Origin: Leptolyngbyaceae cyanobacterium
GTDB lineage: Bacteria > Cyanobacteriota > Cyanobacteriia > Phormidesmidales > Phormidesmidaceae
Length of the DNA stretch: 64,000 bases
Direction: 5' to 3'
NCBI GenBank assembly: GCA_965263355.1
Contig: CBDHHL010000032.1
Coordinates: 2,304,001-2,368,000, forward strand
Shown here: positions 22,671-33,080 of the stretch, one piece after another
Position numbering within the stretch: the stretch's first letter is position 1
Layout: each line of letters begins with the position of its first letter
Made by a program: the position numbers and the translations under genes
The notes under the pieces: generated by a model
What the model saw: the letters and a program-made list of their open reading frames with translations, nothing else
Databases searched by the model: none
Told to the model about the DNA's origin: nothing

Positions 22671-24587
22671 CTATTCTAAGGCAAAAATCGCATTTTCTTG
22701 GTTACACCAGGCGTGATAACGCTTTAACCGATTCAGGATACGGAATACTAGATTCTGTCCCTGGGTTAATTTAGTAATGTAGTCATCTGCGCCAACAGCA
22801 AATGCTTTAGATTGACTATCTTGATCCCCATGGACGCTTAAAAAAATAATAGGTATATGCTGCCATTCAGGATGACTACGGATCACTTTACAAAGTTCAA
22901 ATCCATTGATACCAGGCATTTCAATATCTAGAATAATAACATCGGGTATTATTTGGTTAAATATTGTCCAAAAGCGCTGTGAATTCGCTAAAGGAGTAAT
23001 TTGAAAATGCCAGGGCTGCAGCAATTTCATCACCTGTTGTAGGTAATGACTATCGTCATCGACCAACATGATTTTGCTGTGACGGTATCTAAGGTATGTT
23101 GCCTGATCGATAGCTTCTAACACTTCTGCAGGACTAACTGGATATTCCAGGACCATAGCAGCCCCTCGACGAGTCAAATCCAGGCGATTGCTAAAATCTG
23201 CTTGGGGGGTGATCAAGATCATCGGCAGCTGAGGCCAATGGCTATTCAATTTGGTAATCAATTGCAGCAGCAGCTGTGAATTAGCTTCAGCCAATACAAG
23301 ATCGCTGTCGCTACCAACAAGGTTGATGAGCACCAGGTCTGGGAGGTCTGCAGCTACATCCAGGGAGTTTTGTTGGAAGTCATTTAAACCTAGTGCTTGG
23401 GCTGCCATCTCATTAGAGGTAGCGATCTCTAGGCACAGACCTTGGGCCACGGCCAACGCCATTAGCTGCTGAATATACGGAGCTTCATTCGTATCGATGA
23501 TGAGAATTTTAGGCAAATGGGGGGTGGTTTCTGACCAAGACACTAACTGAGGTGGATTGTCTAATGTATGGCCTAAGGTGGTCACCAGGGTCTGGAATTG
23601 TTTTGTTTGTGTAGAGGATAGGGTCACTGTTTCCAGGAGCTGCTCTATCTGTACAGCTAAACGATGTCCCTCAAGCAATCCAAAAATTCCTAAGGTGCCT
23701 GCCAAACTATGGGCCATTTGTTTGGCCTGCATCCGCTGCTGCTCATTTATGTCCTGTTCTCTGAGGGTTTGTGACAGATGTGCTAGGTAACGCCAACGTT
23801 TTACGCTTTCATCTTTATGGGTTTGCCAAGTTTGAGTTAGTCCCTGTAAATACTGAGCCTGACGTTCAGGCGAAATTGTTTGAGATAGTTTTTGATTGTG
23901 CAGGGACGTTAGTGGGGATGCACCTAGGCGATAGCCTAACCCCCGTACAGTTTCAATCACCTCAGCCGAAATGCCCGCAGCCTTGAGTTTTTGGCGTAGT
24001 CCCCGAATATGCGATCGCACAGTCGCTTCACTGGGAAATTCATCTGAAGACCAGATCTGATCTAGCAGGACAGATGTGCTAAAAACCTGATGGCTATGGC
24101 GTAAGAAAAATTCAAGCAGGGCGTACTCTTTGGCCGTTAGCGTTACAGGATACCCTTGGTAGGTAACGTTACAGCTGACTGGATCCAGACATAGATCCCC
24201 CCAACCCAAAACAGGTTGCGGTTCGGCAGCCATACGCCGTACCAATACTTGAATACGCGCTAGCAGTTCTTTGATATCAAAAGGCTTTACTAAATAATCG
24301 TCTGCACCGGCCTCTAGACCTTGGATTTTGTCAACCTGTTGATGTCTAGACGACAACAGCAAAATGGGCACACCATAGCCTTCACTGCGCAACCGCTGAC
24401 AGAGTTGCAGACCATTAAGGTGAGGCAGTACCCAATCCAAGAGAATCAGGTCATAGCTAAAGGTAGACGCATAGGACCAACCCATTTCGCCATCAGCTAC
24501 CCGATCAACAATATAATTCTGTATTGTTAACTGCTGAATGAGGACTTCAGCGAGGGCATTATCATCGTCTACTAATAAGATTTTCAT
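22671..24587 (-). CDS. rcaC: RcaC-type response regulator (REC - OmpR wHTH - HPt - pseudo-REC - REC)
   Basis: N-terminal REC (LILLDW), wHTH (TVRSHIRGLRQKL..VRGLGY), HPt (AHSLAG), C-terminal REC (IILDIEMP); gene order rcaE-F-C. Confidence 0.88.
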   Translation of the reverse strand: MKILLVDDDNALAEVLIQQLTIQNYIVDRVADGEMGWSYASTFSYDLILLDWVLPHLNGLQLCQRLRSEGYGVPILLLSSRHQQVDKIQGLEAGADDYLVKPFDIKELLARIQVLVRRMAAEPQPVLGWGDLCLDPVSCNVTYQGYPVTLTAKEYALLEFFLRHSHQVFSTSVLLDQIWSSDEFPSEATVRSHIRGLRQKLKAAGISAEVIETVRGLGYRLGASPLTSLHNQKLSQTISPERQAQYLQGLTQTWQTHKDESVKRWRYLAHLSQTLREQDINEQQRMQAKQMAHSLAGTLGIFGLLEGHRLAVQIEQLLETVTLSSTQTKQFQTLVTTLGHTLDNPPQLVSWSETTPHLPKILIIDTNEAPYIQQLMALAVAQGLCLEIATSNEMAAQALGLNDFQQNSLDVAADLPDLVLINLVGSDSDLVLAEANSQLLLQLITKLNSHWPQLPMILITPQADFSNRLDLTRRGAAMVLEYPVSPAEVLEAIDQATYLRYRHSKIMLVDDDSHYLQQVMKLLQPWHFQITPLANSQRFWTIFNQIIPDVIILDIEMPGINGFELCKVIRSHPEWQHIPIIFLSVHGDQDSQSKAFAVGADDYITKLTQGQNLVFRILNRLKRYHAWCNQENAIFALE

Positions 24588-24595
24588 TGTTTAAT

Positions 24596-24976
24596 CTAGA
24601 GTCTCCATCCTATTAGCTTGGCTATTTGACTGGCTAAGGATAAGGGGTCAAAGGGTTTAGTAATGACCCCAGTCACCCCAATCTTTTGAAACAGACGTTT
24701 TTCTGCTGTTCCAGTTTTAGCCGTCAACAAAATAACTGGAATATTTTTAGTCTGAAGATTACTATGTAAACTCTCAAAAGTACTAATACCATCTACCTCA
24801 GGCATCATGACATCAAGTAAGATGGCATCTGGTTGGCGTGTTTCAGCCAGATGCAGCCCTTCTTGCCCTGAAGATGCACAAATGATTTGCCAGTTAGCTT
24901 CCATCTTTAAACTGAGCCTAACCACCTTCTGAATAGGCTCCTCATCGTCAATCACCAGTATCAGTTTGGATGTCAT
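24596..24976 (-). CDS. rcaF: Single-domain response regulator RcaF
   Basis: REC domain only (IDDE, LLDVMMP, TKPF); ATGA overlap with the rcaE stop. Confidence 0.85.
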   Translation of the reverse strand: MTSKLILVIDDEEPIQKVVRLSLKMEANWQIICASSGQEGLHLAETRQPDAILLDVMMPEVDGISTFESLHSNLQTKNIPVILLTAKTGTAEKRLFQKIGVTGVITKPFDPLSLASQIAKLIGWRL

Positions 24977-27213
24977 GGTGTTTTGCATATCTGATCGTAG
25001 ACCTGCTGATGGGAAAGAGGGACCGTAAAATAAAAGCTACTACCTGCACCTACTTGACTTTCGGCCCAAATTTTGCCGCCATGTTGTTCTATAATTTTAC
25101 GACAGATAGTTAAGCCTAGACCTGTTCCTCCCTTCTTCCGAGAATCAGAAGAATCAACCTGCTGAAATCGTTCAAATATACTATCTAATTTATCGGTCGG
25201 AATGCCCTGTCCATTATCCTTCACACAGAAAAGTGCGGCTTCTGAAGAACAAGATTTAAGATACCCATTAGACAATTGCTTTGCAGTAGAGTATAGCTGC
25301 AAACTTAAAATGATTGTGTTACCAGGAACTGAAAATTTAATCGCGTTACCAATTAAATTGGTTAAGGTTTGCACAATGTAGTCTGGATCAGCCCAAATCG
25401 AAATCGGTTCCAGACGGGTATGTATTTTGATACCGTTTTGCTGGGCCATGGTCTGCATTGCTTCAGCCGCTTGTTCTACCAAATCTGCTGCTTTACAAGT
25501 ACAGTTGTCCATGGTAACTTCACCGGACTCTATCCGCTGCAGATCCAGTACATTGTTGACTAAACGGACAAGTCTATCGGTACTCTCATCGGCAACTGCC
25601 AACATTTGTTGACCTTCTTCTGATAGGTGTCCCAAACGCCCCGTGGCAATCAGCTTTAATGAGCCATGCAGTGAGGTTAGCGGGGTTCTTAATTCATGGC
25701 TGACAACAGCAATAAATTCATCTTTCATGCGTTCGATGGCTTTGCGATCGCTAATGTCTGTTGTCAGTGCAAAAAAGCCATTTATTTTTGCCTGTCCTTT
25801 TTTAATCAGTTCCAGATGAGGAATATAGCTGACACTAACGGAACGGATACGTCCATCTTTGAAAATGAGTTCACTCTCGTAGGTGACTTGATCGCCTCTT
25901 AAAGCTGCTTCAATATAAGGGTAGATCGTCTGATAGTAGTCAGGGTCTTTAAAAGCCTTGATGGGGTTACCATAAAGGGCTGCTGGATCTTGACCCAGCC
26001 AGTAGTCATAGGCCTGATTGTTAAATCGATAACATTGTTGGGCATCGACATAGGCAATAAGAACTGGCAAATTATTTGTAATCAAACGTACTTGCTCTTC
26101 ACTTTGTCGCAATGCTATTTCAATCTGCTTTCGTTCTTGAATTTCTTGTTGTAGGCTTCTATTAGCTGTAGTTAATTCTGCTGTGCGCAACTTTACCCGT
26201 TTTTCTAAATATTCCAGCATCTGGCTTTGGGAAAGCGCAATGCTAATCTGAACAGCTAATTGCTGCATTAAATCTAATTCAAATTCTGTCCATTTCCGTG
26301 GGCTTTTACATTGGTGCGCAATCAGCAAACCCCAGAGATGATGTCTGTTGGATGCATCGGGTGATGATTGTTCCGGTGCTAATGGATGCACGATCGGAAC
26401 AATAAGCTTAGATTGAATCTCCCACTGTTCAACAAATTCAATTAAGCACTCAGCTATTCCAGCGTCAGGGGCATGAACATCTGTAATGGCGTGCACACGA
26501 CCTTTTGCATAGAGCTGCTGATACTCTTCTGGAAACACCTCTTCAGGAAAGTCCATGCCTAAAACGGCTGGATAGGGTGCCTTAACAGCCTCACTCGTTG
26601 CCTTGCCGGTGCCATCTGGTAAAACTCTGTAGATTAATACTCGATCGGCATTTAGTAGGTTTTGGACCTCCTCAACGGTGGTTTGCAAGATTTCTTTGAG
26701 CTGTAGGGACTGACGGATTTTGAGGGTAATTTCTGCAAAGATTTGAGCGCGTTGATGCTGGCGCTTGGTCACCACCTCAGTATTTTGATTATTAGAGGCT
26801 ATTAACAGACGCTTGTGAGAAATGACTCCCTCTAAACTACCCTGCCCATCCAACACGGGAAGATAGCCAATCTGATGGCGCTCAAACTGCTCCAGTAGCG
26901 ATGCAACCGTAGATAATTCAGAGTTTGCTGCCGTTATCACAGGCCGTGTCATTACCTTCGATAATCGTAATTTGGCCCAGTCAGTTCTTTGAGCAATGAT
27001 TTTTAGGACATCGTGTCGAGTAACAATGCCAACGACCTGGCCACGACGCAACACAACAATGCAGCCGATTTCAGGATGAGCCGTAAATTTCGCTAAAGCT
27101 CTGGGCAGCAGAGTTTGACTGGAGGCAGTCAATGGCTGAACATTAATTACCTCTTTCCAGGGAGAAAGTTCGCGTACGCCAAGCACCATCAGCGATAAAC
27201 TAAATTGCGCCAC
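24973..27213 (-). CDS. rcaE: RcaE-type green/red cyanobacteriochrome histidine kinase (CBS pair - GAF - PAS - HisKA - HATPase)
   Basis: GAF 'DFPEEVFPEEYQQLY..GRV..I.DVH...IAECLIEF...SKLIVP' keeps the chromophore Cys and the Glu/Leu/Lys protochromic residues; SHELRTPL H-box; GTGLGL. Confidence 0.9.
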   Translation of the reverse strand: MAQFSLSLMVLGVRELSPWKEVINVQPLTASSQTLLPRALAKFTAHPEIGCIVVLRRGQVVGIVTRHDVLKIIAQRTDWAKLRLSKVMTRPVITAANSELSTVASLLEQFERHQIGYLPVLDGQGSLEGVISHKRLLIASNNQNTEVVTKRQHQRAQIFAEITLKIRQSLQLKEILQTTVEEVQNLLNADRVLIYRVLPDGTGKATSEAVKAPYPAVLGMDFPEEVFPEEYQQLYAKGRVHAITDVHAPDAGIAECLIEFVEQWEIQSKLIVPIVHPLAPEQSSPDASNRHHLWGLLIAHQCKSPRKWTEFELDLMQQLAVQISIALSQSQMLEYLEKRVKLRTAELTTANRSLQQEIQERKQIEIALRQSEEQVRLITNNLPVLIAYVDAQQCYRFNNQAYDYWLGQDPAALYGNPIKAFKDPDYYQTIYPYIEAALRGDQVTYESELIFKDGRIRSVSVSYIPHLELIKKGQAKINGFFALTTDISDRKAIERMKDEFIAVVSHELRTPLTSLHGSLKLIATGRLGHLSEEGQQMLAVADESTDRLVRLVNNVLDLQRIESGEVTMDNCTCKAADLVEQAAEAMQTMAQQNGIKIHTRLEPISIWADPDYIVQTLTNLIGNAIKFSVPGNTIILSLQLYSTAKQLSNGYLKSCSSEAALFCVKDNGQGIPTDKLDSIFERFQQVDSSDSRKKGGTGLGLTICRKIIEQHGGKIWAESQVGAGSSFYFTVPLSHQQVYDQICKTP

Positions 27214-27306
27214 TAATAATCTATTAGGTATTTGGCAGAATCGTTACTAAATTGTTTACATTCTTTAAGTTTTAAGAAATTATTCAAAGCATCACCATAA
27301 AAAAAT

Positions 27307-27344
27307 ATTGCTGGTAAGAAAGTAATCACTTCCCTGCCAGCAAT
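27307..27344 (-). terminator. Imperfect stem-loop between operon 2 and rcaE
   Basis: attgctgg ... ccagcaat arms followed on the minus strand by a T-run. Confidence 0.5.
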
Positions 27345-27431
27345 GTTCTGCTTGACGCAAGCCTAAATCTTGTCCCTATCCAGAGCTGATTTTTCTCTGT
27401 AAGAGACTATAAATTCTAACGGTAGTGTCGT

Positions 27432-28301
27432 TTAGAGTTCTATTATGCTTGCAATTTTTCCCCCCTGGCGTTGCACCCGTTGCATATGGGGCGTTAACTC
27501 CTCATAGGGAATGATGACCGCTTTGTTTACTCGCCGGACTTTGGGGTAGCCTGGGCCACTGATCGCGGCAACTTCAACCCGGAAAAGCCGACCAGACCCA
27601 AAGGCCTTTGAACCCCCAAAGGCACTGACAGAGGCATCTCCTTTAAGCGCTGGTCTAAACGCATTATTGTTGGTGCTACCCAAGGGGGGCTTCACTACCG
27701 AGGCTGTGTTCCGAGCAAGATCTTTGACAAGCTGAGGGGCATTCCCGGTAAATTGGGCTTTGTCGCTGCTGGCATAGCCACGATAGAGCTGGAAGAGACG
27801 GGGAAACCCGACGGAGCGCTGTCCTATCCCTGTCGTCACCAGATCACGGTAATAGGGGACAACATTTTCTCCAAAGTAGGTTTGATACTCGACTGAGTCA
27901 ATGTAAGTATCAATATCCGCCTCAAAGCCTTTAGACTCATAAAAATCTAAGTGTTCTACAATTTCACCTTGATCATAGGGAGCCCGACCCAGGAGATGTT
28001 TAAAGTTCAGCTCGATTGTCCGACTTTGGAAGGTGTTGTAGAAAAACTTTTGCTTGTACAAGTCTGACTTAGCGACTTGTCGTACAAATTCCTGTACGGT
28101 GATTTTGCGATCGCGTAGCAACGATTCAGCAATCACAAGCCGATCAGATGACAGCAGGTGGGGGTTACCGAGTACCTGCTGATACACGGCCAGAATAATC
28201 ACTTCAACGTCTTGCGATGTAGCATTAGGTCGCAGTTCTAATAGAGCCGCATCACTAAACGCAGAGGTACCTAGACGAGAGGCTGCTGTTGTAATAGCCA
28301 T
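27432..28301 (-). CDS. cpcC: Phycocyanin-associated rod linker (CpcC/CpcI-like), operon 2
   Basis: [27 protein letters not shown], '[16 protein letters not shown]'. Confidence 0.93.
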   Translation of the reverse strand: MAITTAASRLGTSAFSDAALLELRPNATSQDVEVIILAVYQQVLGNPHLLSSDRLVIAESLLRDRKITVQEFVRQVAKSDLYKQKFFYNTFQSRTIELNFKHLLGRAPYDQGEIVEHLDFYESKGFEADIDTYIDSVEYQTYFGENVVPYYRDLVTTGIGQRSVGFPRLFQLYRGYASSDKAQFTGNAPQLVKDLARNTASVVKPPLGSTNNNAFRPALKGDASVSAFGGSKAFGSGRLFRVEVAAISGPGYPKVRRVNKAVIIPYEELTPHMQRVQRQGGKIASIIEL

Positions 28302-28327
28302 TAGAAATTTTCCTTTATTTCACAGAA

Positions 28328-29143
28328 CTAGACAGCAGTCACACTAAGCACCCTATTACCAGAACGATTTAGCTGTTGTAGCTTATTCGTCAGCTGGTCA
28401 TAGGAAACCAGTACCTCTGTAACACTTTGTCTGACGACAGTAGCATTAGGGGATGCCGCCCGGACAACTCGAAGTTGGTAGACATCACCACGAGCGCCCC
28501 CTAATGGTCCAGATAGAGCCACACGCTTGGATACACTCAGCGGAGCCGGTAAATTTTTAGCCACGGCCACTGTCAATCGAGGTTGTTTTTGGCCCTGGGC
28601 GCGATCGCTGTTGGCATAGCCACCATAAAGCTCTAACAAACGACTAAAGCCAACTGTCCGTTGACCAGGATGATCGGTTTGAAAGTCTCTGTGGTAGGGA
28701 ACAATATTATCCCCAAAACTATTTTCATATTCTACAGAGCTGATGTAAGAGTCAATCTCCGCTTCGTATCCCTTGGTCAGGAAGAGATCTAAATGGTAGG
28801 CAATTTCACTTTGATCATAGGGAGCCCGACCCAGCAGATGCTTGTAGTTCAGCTCAATAAAGCGAACATGGAAGTTGGGATATAAAAACTTTTGGCGGTA
28901 GAGGTCTGACTCTGCAATTGCGCGAACAAAGTCTCGGACTGAAATAATGCCCTGGGCCAAAAGTGACTCAGGTTCTTCCAATCTATCATTCTCCATGAGA
29001 TGCTCATTGCCGAGCACCTGCCGATAGGCTGCCGAAATAACCGCTTGGACATCATCTCGGAGCCAATTGGGTCTCAATTCAACAGGATCAGCCTCATCAA
29101 AGGGTTTAATTCCCAATCTTCCGGCTTCTTGCAAACCAGCCAT
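28328..29143 (-). CDS. cpcC: Phycocyanin-associated rod linker (CpcH-like), operon 2
   Basis: 'A.RLGIKPF...VELRPN', [19 protein letters not shown]. Confidence 0.9.
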   Translation of the reverse strand: MAGLQEAGRLGIKPFDEADPVELRPNWLRDDVQAVISAAYRQVLGNEHLMENDRLEEPESLLAQGIISVRDFVRAIAESDLYRQKFLYPNFHVRFIELNYKHLLGRAPYDQSEIAYHLDLFLTKGYEAEIDSYISSVEYENSFGDNIVPYHRDFQTDHPGQRTVGFSRLLELYGGYANSDRAQGQKQPRLTVAVAKNLPAPLSVSKRVALSGPLGGARGDVYQLRVVRAASPNATVVRQSVTEVLVSYDQLTNKLQQLNRSGNRVLSVTAV

Positions 29144-29378
29144 AGTTTTTTACCTAACGTCACTACTTAATAAACAAGCCTTTCCATGGATTTTTAACGT
29201 TATGATTTACAAAGTTATCCGAAATGCAAAAAAGCAACATTGCTGATTCTCAAACGTCTCTAATCTGTAAATTTTGCCAAAAAGCGTTTATTTCAGATTG
29301 ATTTGCTCTAAAAACCAGCAATGATAGCAGCACCGTCCCACTTTTTAACCCTTATCCATGGCCGGACAGTAATCGCCC

Positions 29379-29864
29379 TTAAAGCGCGTTGATGATGTAA
29401 TCAATGTAGGAATTGATCTCAAGTCCGGGGTCACCCGTTAAACCATGATTTTCCTTGATATACTTAAGGGCCTCAGCATACCAACTTGGAACTAATTCAA
29501 AGCTACTGTGCATTTCCGCTAAACCTGCTAATAGATAGTCATCAGCTGGACCAGTCCCCCCTGCAATCAGGCAGTATTGAATAATCCGCACATAGTAACC
29601 AATGTCACGCAGGCACTTAGCTTGACCACGGGCATCAAAGGCATAGTTACTGCCCTGCATAGTTTTCGTATAAGGAAATGCCTGATAAACTGCGTTGGCA
29701 GCTCCTTCGGTCAGTTGGTCTGCCTTGATGCTGAGTTCTCTGGCTGCCTCTAGATCAGCCGTTGCCAGACGTAAACGACCAAAGGCAATTTGAAGTTCAA
29801 CATTACCTAGGTAGCGACCTTGGGAGTCAGCAGCTACAACGGCTTCAGTTAATTGTGTTTTCAT
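29379..29864 (-). CDS. cpcA: Divergent phycocyanin alpha subunit, operon 2
   Basis: KC84LRDIGYY, GGTGP and PSWY conserved, with many atypical substitutions. Confidence 0.9.
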   Translation of the reverse strand: MKTQLTEAVVAADSQGRYLGNVELQIAFGRLRLATADLEAARELSIKADQLTEGAANAVYQAFPYTKTMQGSNYAFDARGQAKCLRDIGYYVRIIQYCLIAGGTGPADDYLLAGLAEMHSSFELVPSWYAEALKYIKENHGLTGDPGLEINSYIDYIINAL

Positions 29865-29986
29865 TGGGATAGTTCTTTACTCGTGTTTTAGTAAGGATGG
29901 TTTGGGAAAGCATTGTTGAGAGCAAGTGGCTTAGAGGGATAACTTGCTCAGCGATGGCTGGAAATTGTTGTCCAGGGTTAACTCAA

Positions 29987-30505
29987 TTAGCTCACGGCGG
30001 CAGCAGCGCGATCAAAGTAGCCAGCCACTTCAGCCATCAGGGCACTGCAATCACCCGGTTGAATATTGTTGGGGTCGCTTGCGATCGCAATTGCAGCATC
30101 CTTCATCTTAAGGATACTAGTCGCCATTGAAGAGCTAGGAACTCCCAAAGCCAAATAGGTCTCACGCAGACCATTCAAACAGCGATCATCTAGGACACTA
30201 GCATCGCCTAGAAACACAGCATACGTGACATAGCGAAGAATAATATCCATATCGCGTAAACAGGCCGAAACTCGACGATTCGTATAAGCATTACCGCCAG
30301 GAGCAATTAATTGGGGTTGCTCTTCAAATAATGCCCGTGCAGCATTGGTGACGATTGCAGAAGCATTGCCTGTAATTCGATTCACAACATCAGTACGCTT
30401 TGCCCCATCCTTAACGACAGCCAATAGAGCATTAATTTGATCAGTACCCACTAACTGGCCCCGATTATCAGCCTGCGAAACAACCTTCGTAAAGGCATCT
30501 AACAT
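29987..30505 (-). CDS. cpcB: Divergent phycocyanin beta subunit, operon 2
   Basis: PGGN72AY, C82 and C153 conserved; 172 aa. Confidence 0.93.
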   Translation of the reverse strand: MLDAFTKVVSQADNRGQLVGTDQINALLAVVKDGAKRTDVVNRITGNASAIVTNAARALFEEQPQLIAPGGNAYTNRRVSACLRDMDIILRYVTYAVFLGDASVLDDRCLNGLRETYLALGVPSSSMATSILKMKDAAIAIASDPNNIQPGDCSALMAEVAGYFDRAAAAVS

Positions 30506-30820
30506 TGATCTAATCTCCTAATTTCTTCTTTTCGATTGAGTTAGATGGTGCAATCTGACTTAGTCAATGCCAACTAACGTCTGTCTGAACAGCCTGAAAA
30601 GCTCGCCATCCAAAACCTATTCGCCTTACACAGTTATCTCAGTGCAGAGGACGTGGGCAAAACCATAAGTTTCCTCAACGGTAACTGATGATATGTATTG
30701 GCTTTGTCGACGACAGACTAGTAACCTCAAGAATTACATGGATTTTAATCACTTTTTTCTAAGCATTAAAGTCCCTAATTCCTTCGGTCAAATCCTAGTA
30801 ATTTATTAGAGCAGTCAAAT

Positions 30821-30838
30821 TGTGCAGAATCTGTGCAG
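30821..30838 (-). promoter_or_regulatory. Variant L-box upstream of cpcB operon 2
   Basis: Minus strand CTGCACA-GATT-CTGCACA, a perfect direct repeat with 11-bp period. Confidence 0.7.
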
Positions 30839-31265
30839 AATCCAGGAAAGAATATGCAACATATACCTAAACAAGCATCTTGAAAGGTTACAAGGCTATT
30901 TTTTAGGATACGTATAACAGATTAGCTTCTAGAAAACATGCATTAAGGAAGCAACATTTTTATAGAGTGTAACTCTGGTAAAACGCCCTTTCCAAAAGGA
31001 GTTTGCAGATTGATTCATTTTATTGATCACATATTTAATGATTAAAAAAACAATGAGGTTTATATAGTTAAAATTGGTTGATTTAGCTTTGCCAAATTGG
31101 CATGCTTTCAATTATTTTGGTGACAAAGACCTGACAAGTTGAGATTAAGGTCTGTAACATTTTGTTCGTTTGAGGAAGATTGCAATTTGCTTTACCTCTT
31201 ATAATTCAATATAGGTATTGCATTTTCTTCCTTTGAAAACATAAGAGTGAAGGCTTACAACAAAT

Positions 31266-32072
31266 ATGACGATTCCACTATTAGCGTATTCTCCCTCTTG
31301 TCCTAATCAGCGTGTTGATGCCCTGGGTGCTCCAGATGATGAAGCAATCATCTATTCAACCGATGATTTGTTTTCGCCGACAGAGATGGGGGCTCTTATT
31401 GATGCAGCCTATCGACAAATTTTCTTTTACGCGTTTAGGTGGGACCGTGAGATTGCTCTAGAATCTCAGTTGCGTAACAGACAGATCACGGTACGTGATT
31501 TCATTCGAGGATTGCTGTTGTCAAATACCTTTATTGATAGTTTTTACAGTAAGAACAGTAACTACCGCTTTGTTAAGCATTGCGTCGAGAGAGTTTTAGG
31601 GCGTCAAGTTTATAGTAAAGCAGAGCAAATTGCTTGGTCGGCAGTGGTTATGAGCAAAGGGCTCCAGGGCTTTATTGATGAGTTGCTCAATAGTGATGAA
31701 TATATTGAAAGCTTCGGTGAAAATGTTGTACCTTATCATCGCCGTCGAACGTTGCCTAGTCGTTCTGTAGGAGAAATTCCCTTTAATATTGCGTCTCCTC
31801 GCTACGATGCCTATCATCGCGACCAGTTAGGATTCCCTCAACCGATTTGGCAAGAAGCTGTTCGCACCTTCCGTTCCTATGAGCAAAAACCCAAGGTTGG
31901 GGATCCCACTTTGTTTCTTAATATGGCAAAGGCACTGGTTCCTCAAACGCGTAACCCAAATACTGTTTCCATTGAGAGTATTGATATCAATTCTACTGTT
32001 CCCTATCGTGACATTGATAGGGGAACATCCTTAAAGTGGGGCAAGCCATCAGCATCCGCCTCAATCAAATGA
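31266..32072 (+). CDS. cpcG: Rod-core linker CpcG
   Basis: [30 protein letters not shown]; hydrophilic C-terminus with GDP..FL.MA and VPYR (no CpcL hydrophobic tail). Confidence 0.92.
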   Translation: MTIPLLAYSPSCPNQRVDALGAPDDEAIIYSTDDLFSPTEMGALIDAAYRQIFFYAFRWDREIALESQLRNRQITVRDFIRGLLLSNTFIDSFYSKNSNYRFVKHCVERVLGRQVYSKAEQIAWSAVVMSKGLQGFIDELLNSDEYIESFGENVVPYHRRRTLPSRSVGEIPFNIASPRYDAYHRDQLGFPQPIWQEAVRTFRSYEQKPKVGDPTLFLNMAKALVPQTRNPNTVSIESIDINSTVPYRDIDRGTSLKWGKPSASASIK

Positions 32073-32583
32073 CTGGGTGATGAGCTGGGACCCTAGTGCA
32101 TTGTGTCAGCGCTAACAATTCGGGTTGGTTACGGATAGGGTAAAGAGTGACTCTTCATCCCTGTAGGCTCTTTACCAGTCTTACCTGAAATCTTAGTAGG
32201 CTTGACAAACCTCTAGGAGCTTGGCCTGGGTTCCCAGCTTGTCATATCCCACGATCGACTAGCACTATGTTTTTGCAGGGGTTTACCTGGCTTAAAGCGC
32301 TACAAGAAAGCCTGAAGCCCTTGAAAGTATGTGCTGCAAATTGCTATCCCCTATTACCGAAGCTTGGTACCTTATATTAATAAGGTGCTAAGCAGTTGCC
32401 TGGGAATTTCTGGTAACAGCATAAATAGAACAATTTCAAGAGTTGATAAAAGATTGTGCATCCTTTACGGATATTTGCAACCCTTGATGATCCTGTGAAC
32501 AGCTAATTTTGGGCTGATTGACATACTATAATTAGCGGGGTTCAATACCGCATTGTGACAGAATTTCGTTTTTAGTAGGAGGT

Positions 32584-33057
32584 ATGGCAGGTATGGAAAG
32601 GTTTCGATCACTGGCGCGATCGATTATGGGCGTTTTCTTGGTTGCGATCGCAACTCTACTTGTAAGCTGTAGTTCTGGCAGTCAATCTGCTGCCCCCCAA
32701 ACCTACTCTGCTGACCAGATAGCTCAAATTGCTATTTATGCTGGTCGCATCCAAACATCAAAAGATCGTCTACCCGAATTAGCTGGCTACATTCGCGATG
32801 AAAACTGGGCGAATATCGACAACTTTATCCATGGTCCCTTGGGTGAACTAAGGGAGCGGATGAACCGCTTAGCGTTTAAACTACTGCCTAGTGATAAAGC
32901 TGAGGCACTGGCACTATCCGATGATATTTCAGAGGATCTAGAAGCCATGAGTGCAGCTGTGGGTGCCTTTGACAGTGATCGTACTAATAGAGCTTACATC
33001 AGGTTTGCAAAGGATTTGAGCACGTTTCTCAACCTGGTACCTACCGAAGCATCATAA
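32584..33057 (+). CDS. psbQ: Photosystem II extrinsic lipoprotein PsbQ (CyanoQ)
   Basis: Lipobox LVSC; 'W.NI..FIHGPLGELR' motif. Confidence 0.9.
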   Translation: MAGMERFRSLARSIMGVFLVAIATLLVSCSSGSQSAAPQTYSADQIAQIAIYAGRIQTSKDRLPELAGYIRDENWANIDNFIHGPLGELRERMNRLAFKLLPSDKAEALALSDDISEDLEAMSAAVGAFDSDRTNRAYIRFAKDLSTFLNLVPTEAS

Positions 33058-33080
33058 GTAGACTTAATCCACAGATCTGT

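Noticed and set aside
26790..27213. CBS pair on RcaE as a novelty
   Set aside because: Characterised RcaE also has an N-terminal extension of similar length before the GAF domain, so novelty cannot be claimed without a search.
29379..30505. Phycoerythrocyanin, or a sulfur-starvation cpc3-type operon
   Set aside because: It lacks PecA/B-type sequence features and adjacent pecE/F, and several Met plus non-chromophore Cys residues are retained.
31266..32072. CpcL (rod-membrane linker)
   Set aside because: The C-terminus is hydrophilic with CpcG core-binding motifs and no TM helix.
17762..32072. Phycocyanin/Rca cluster as a recently acquired mobile island
   Set aside because: It looks somewhat AT-richer by eye, but there is no integrase, transposase, tRNA or flanking repeat, and HIP1 sites occur inside it.
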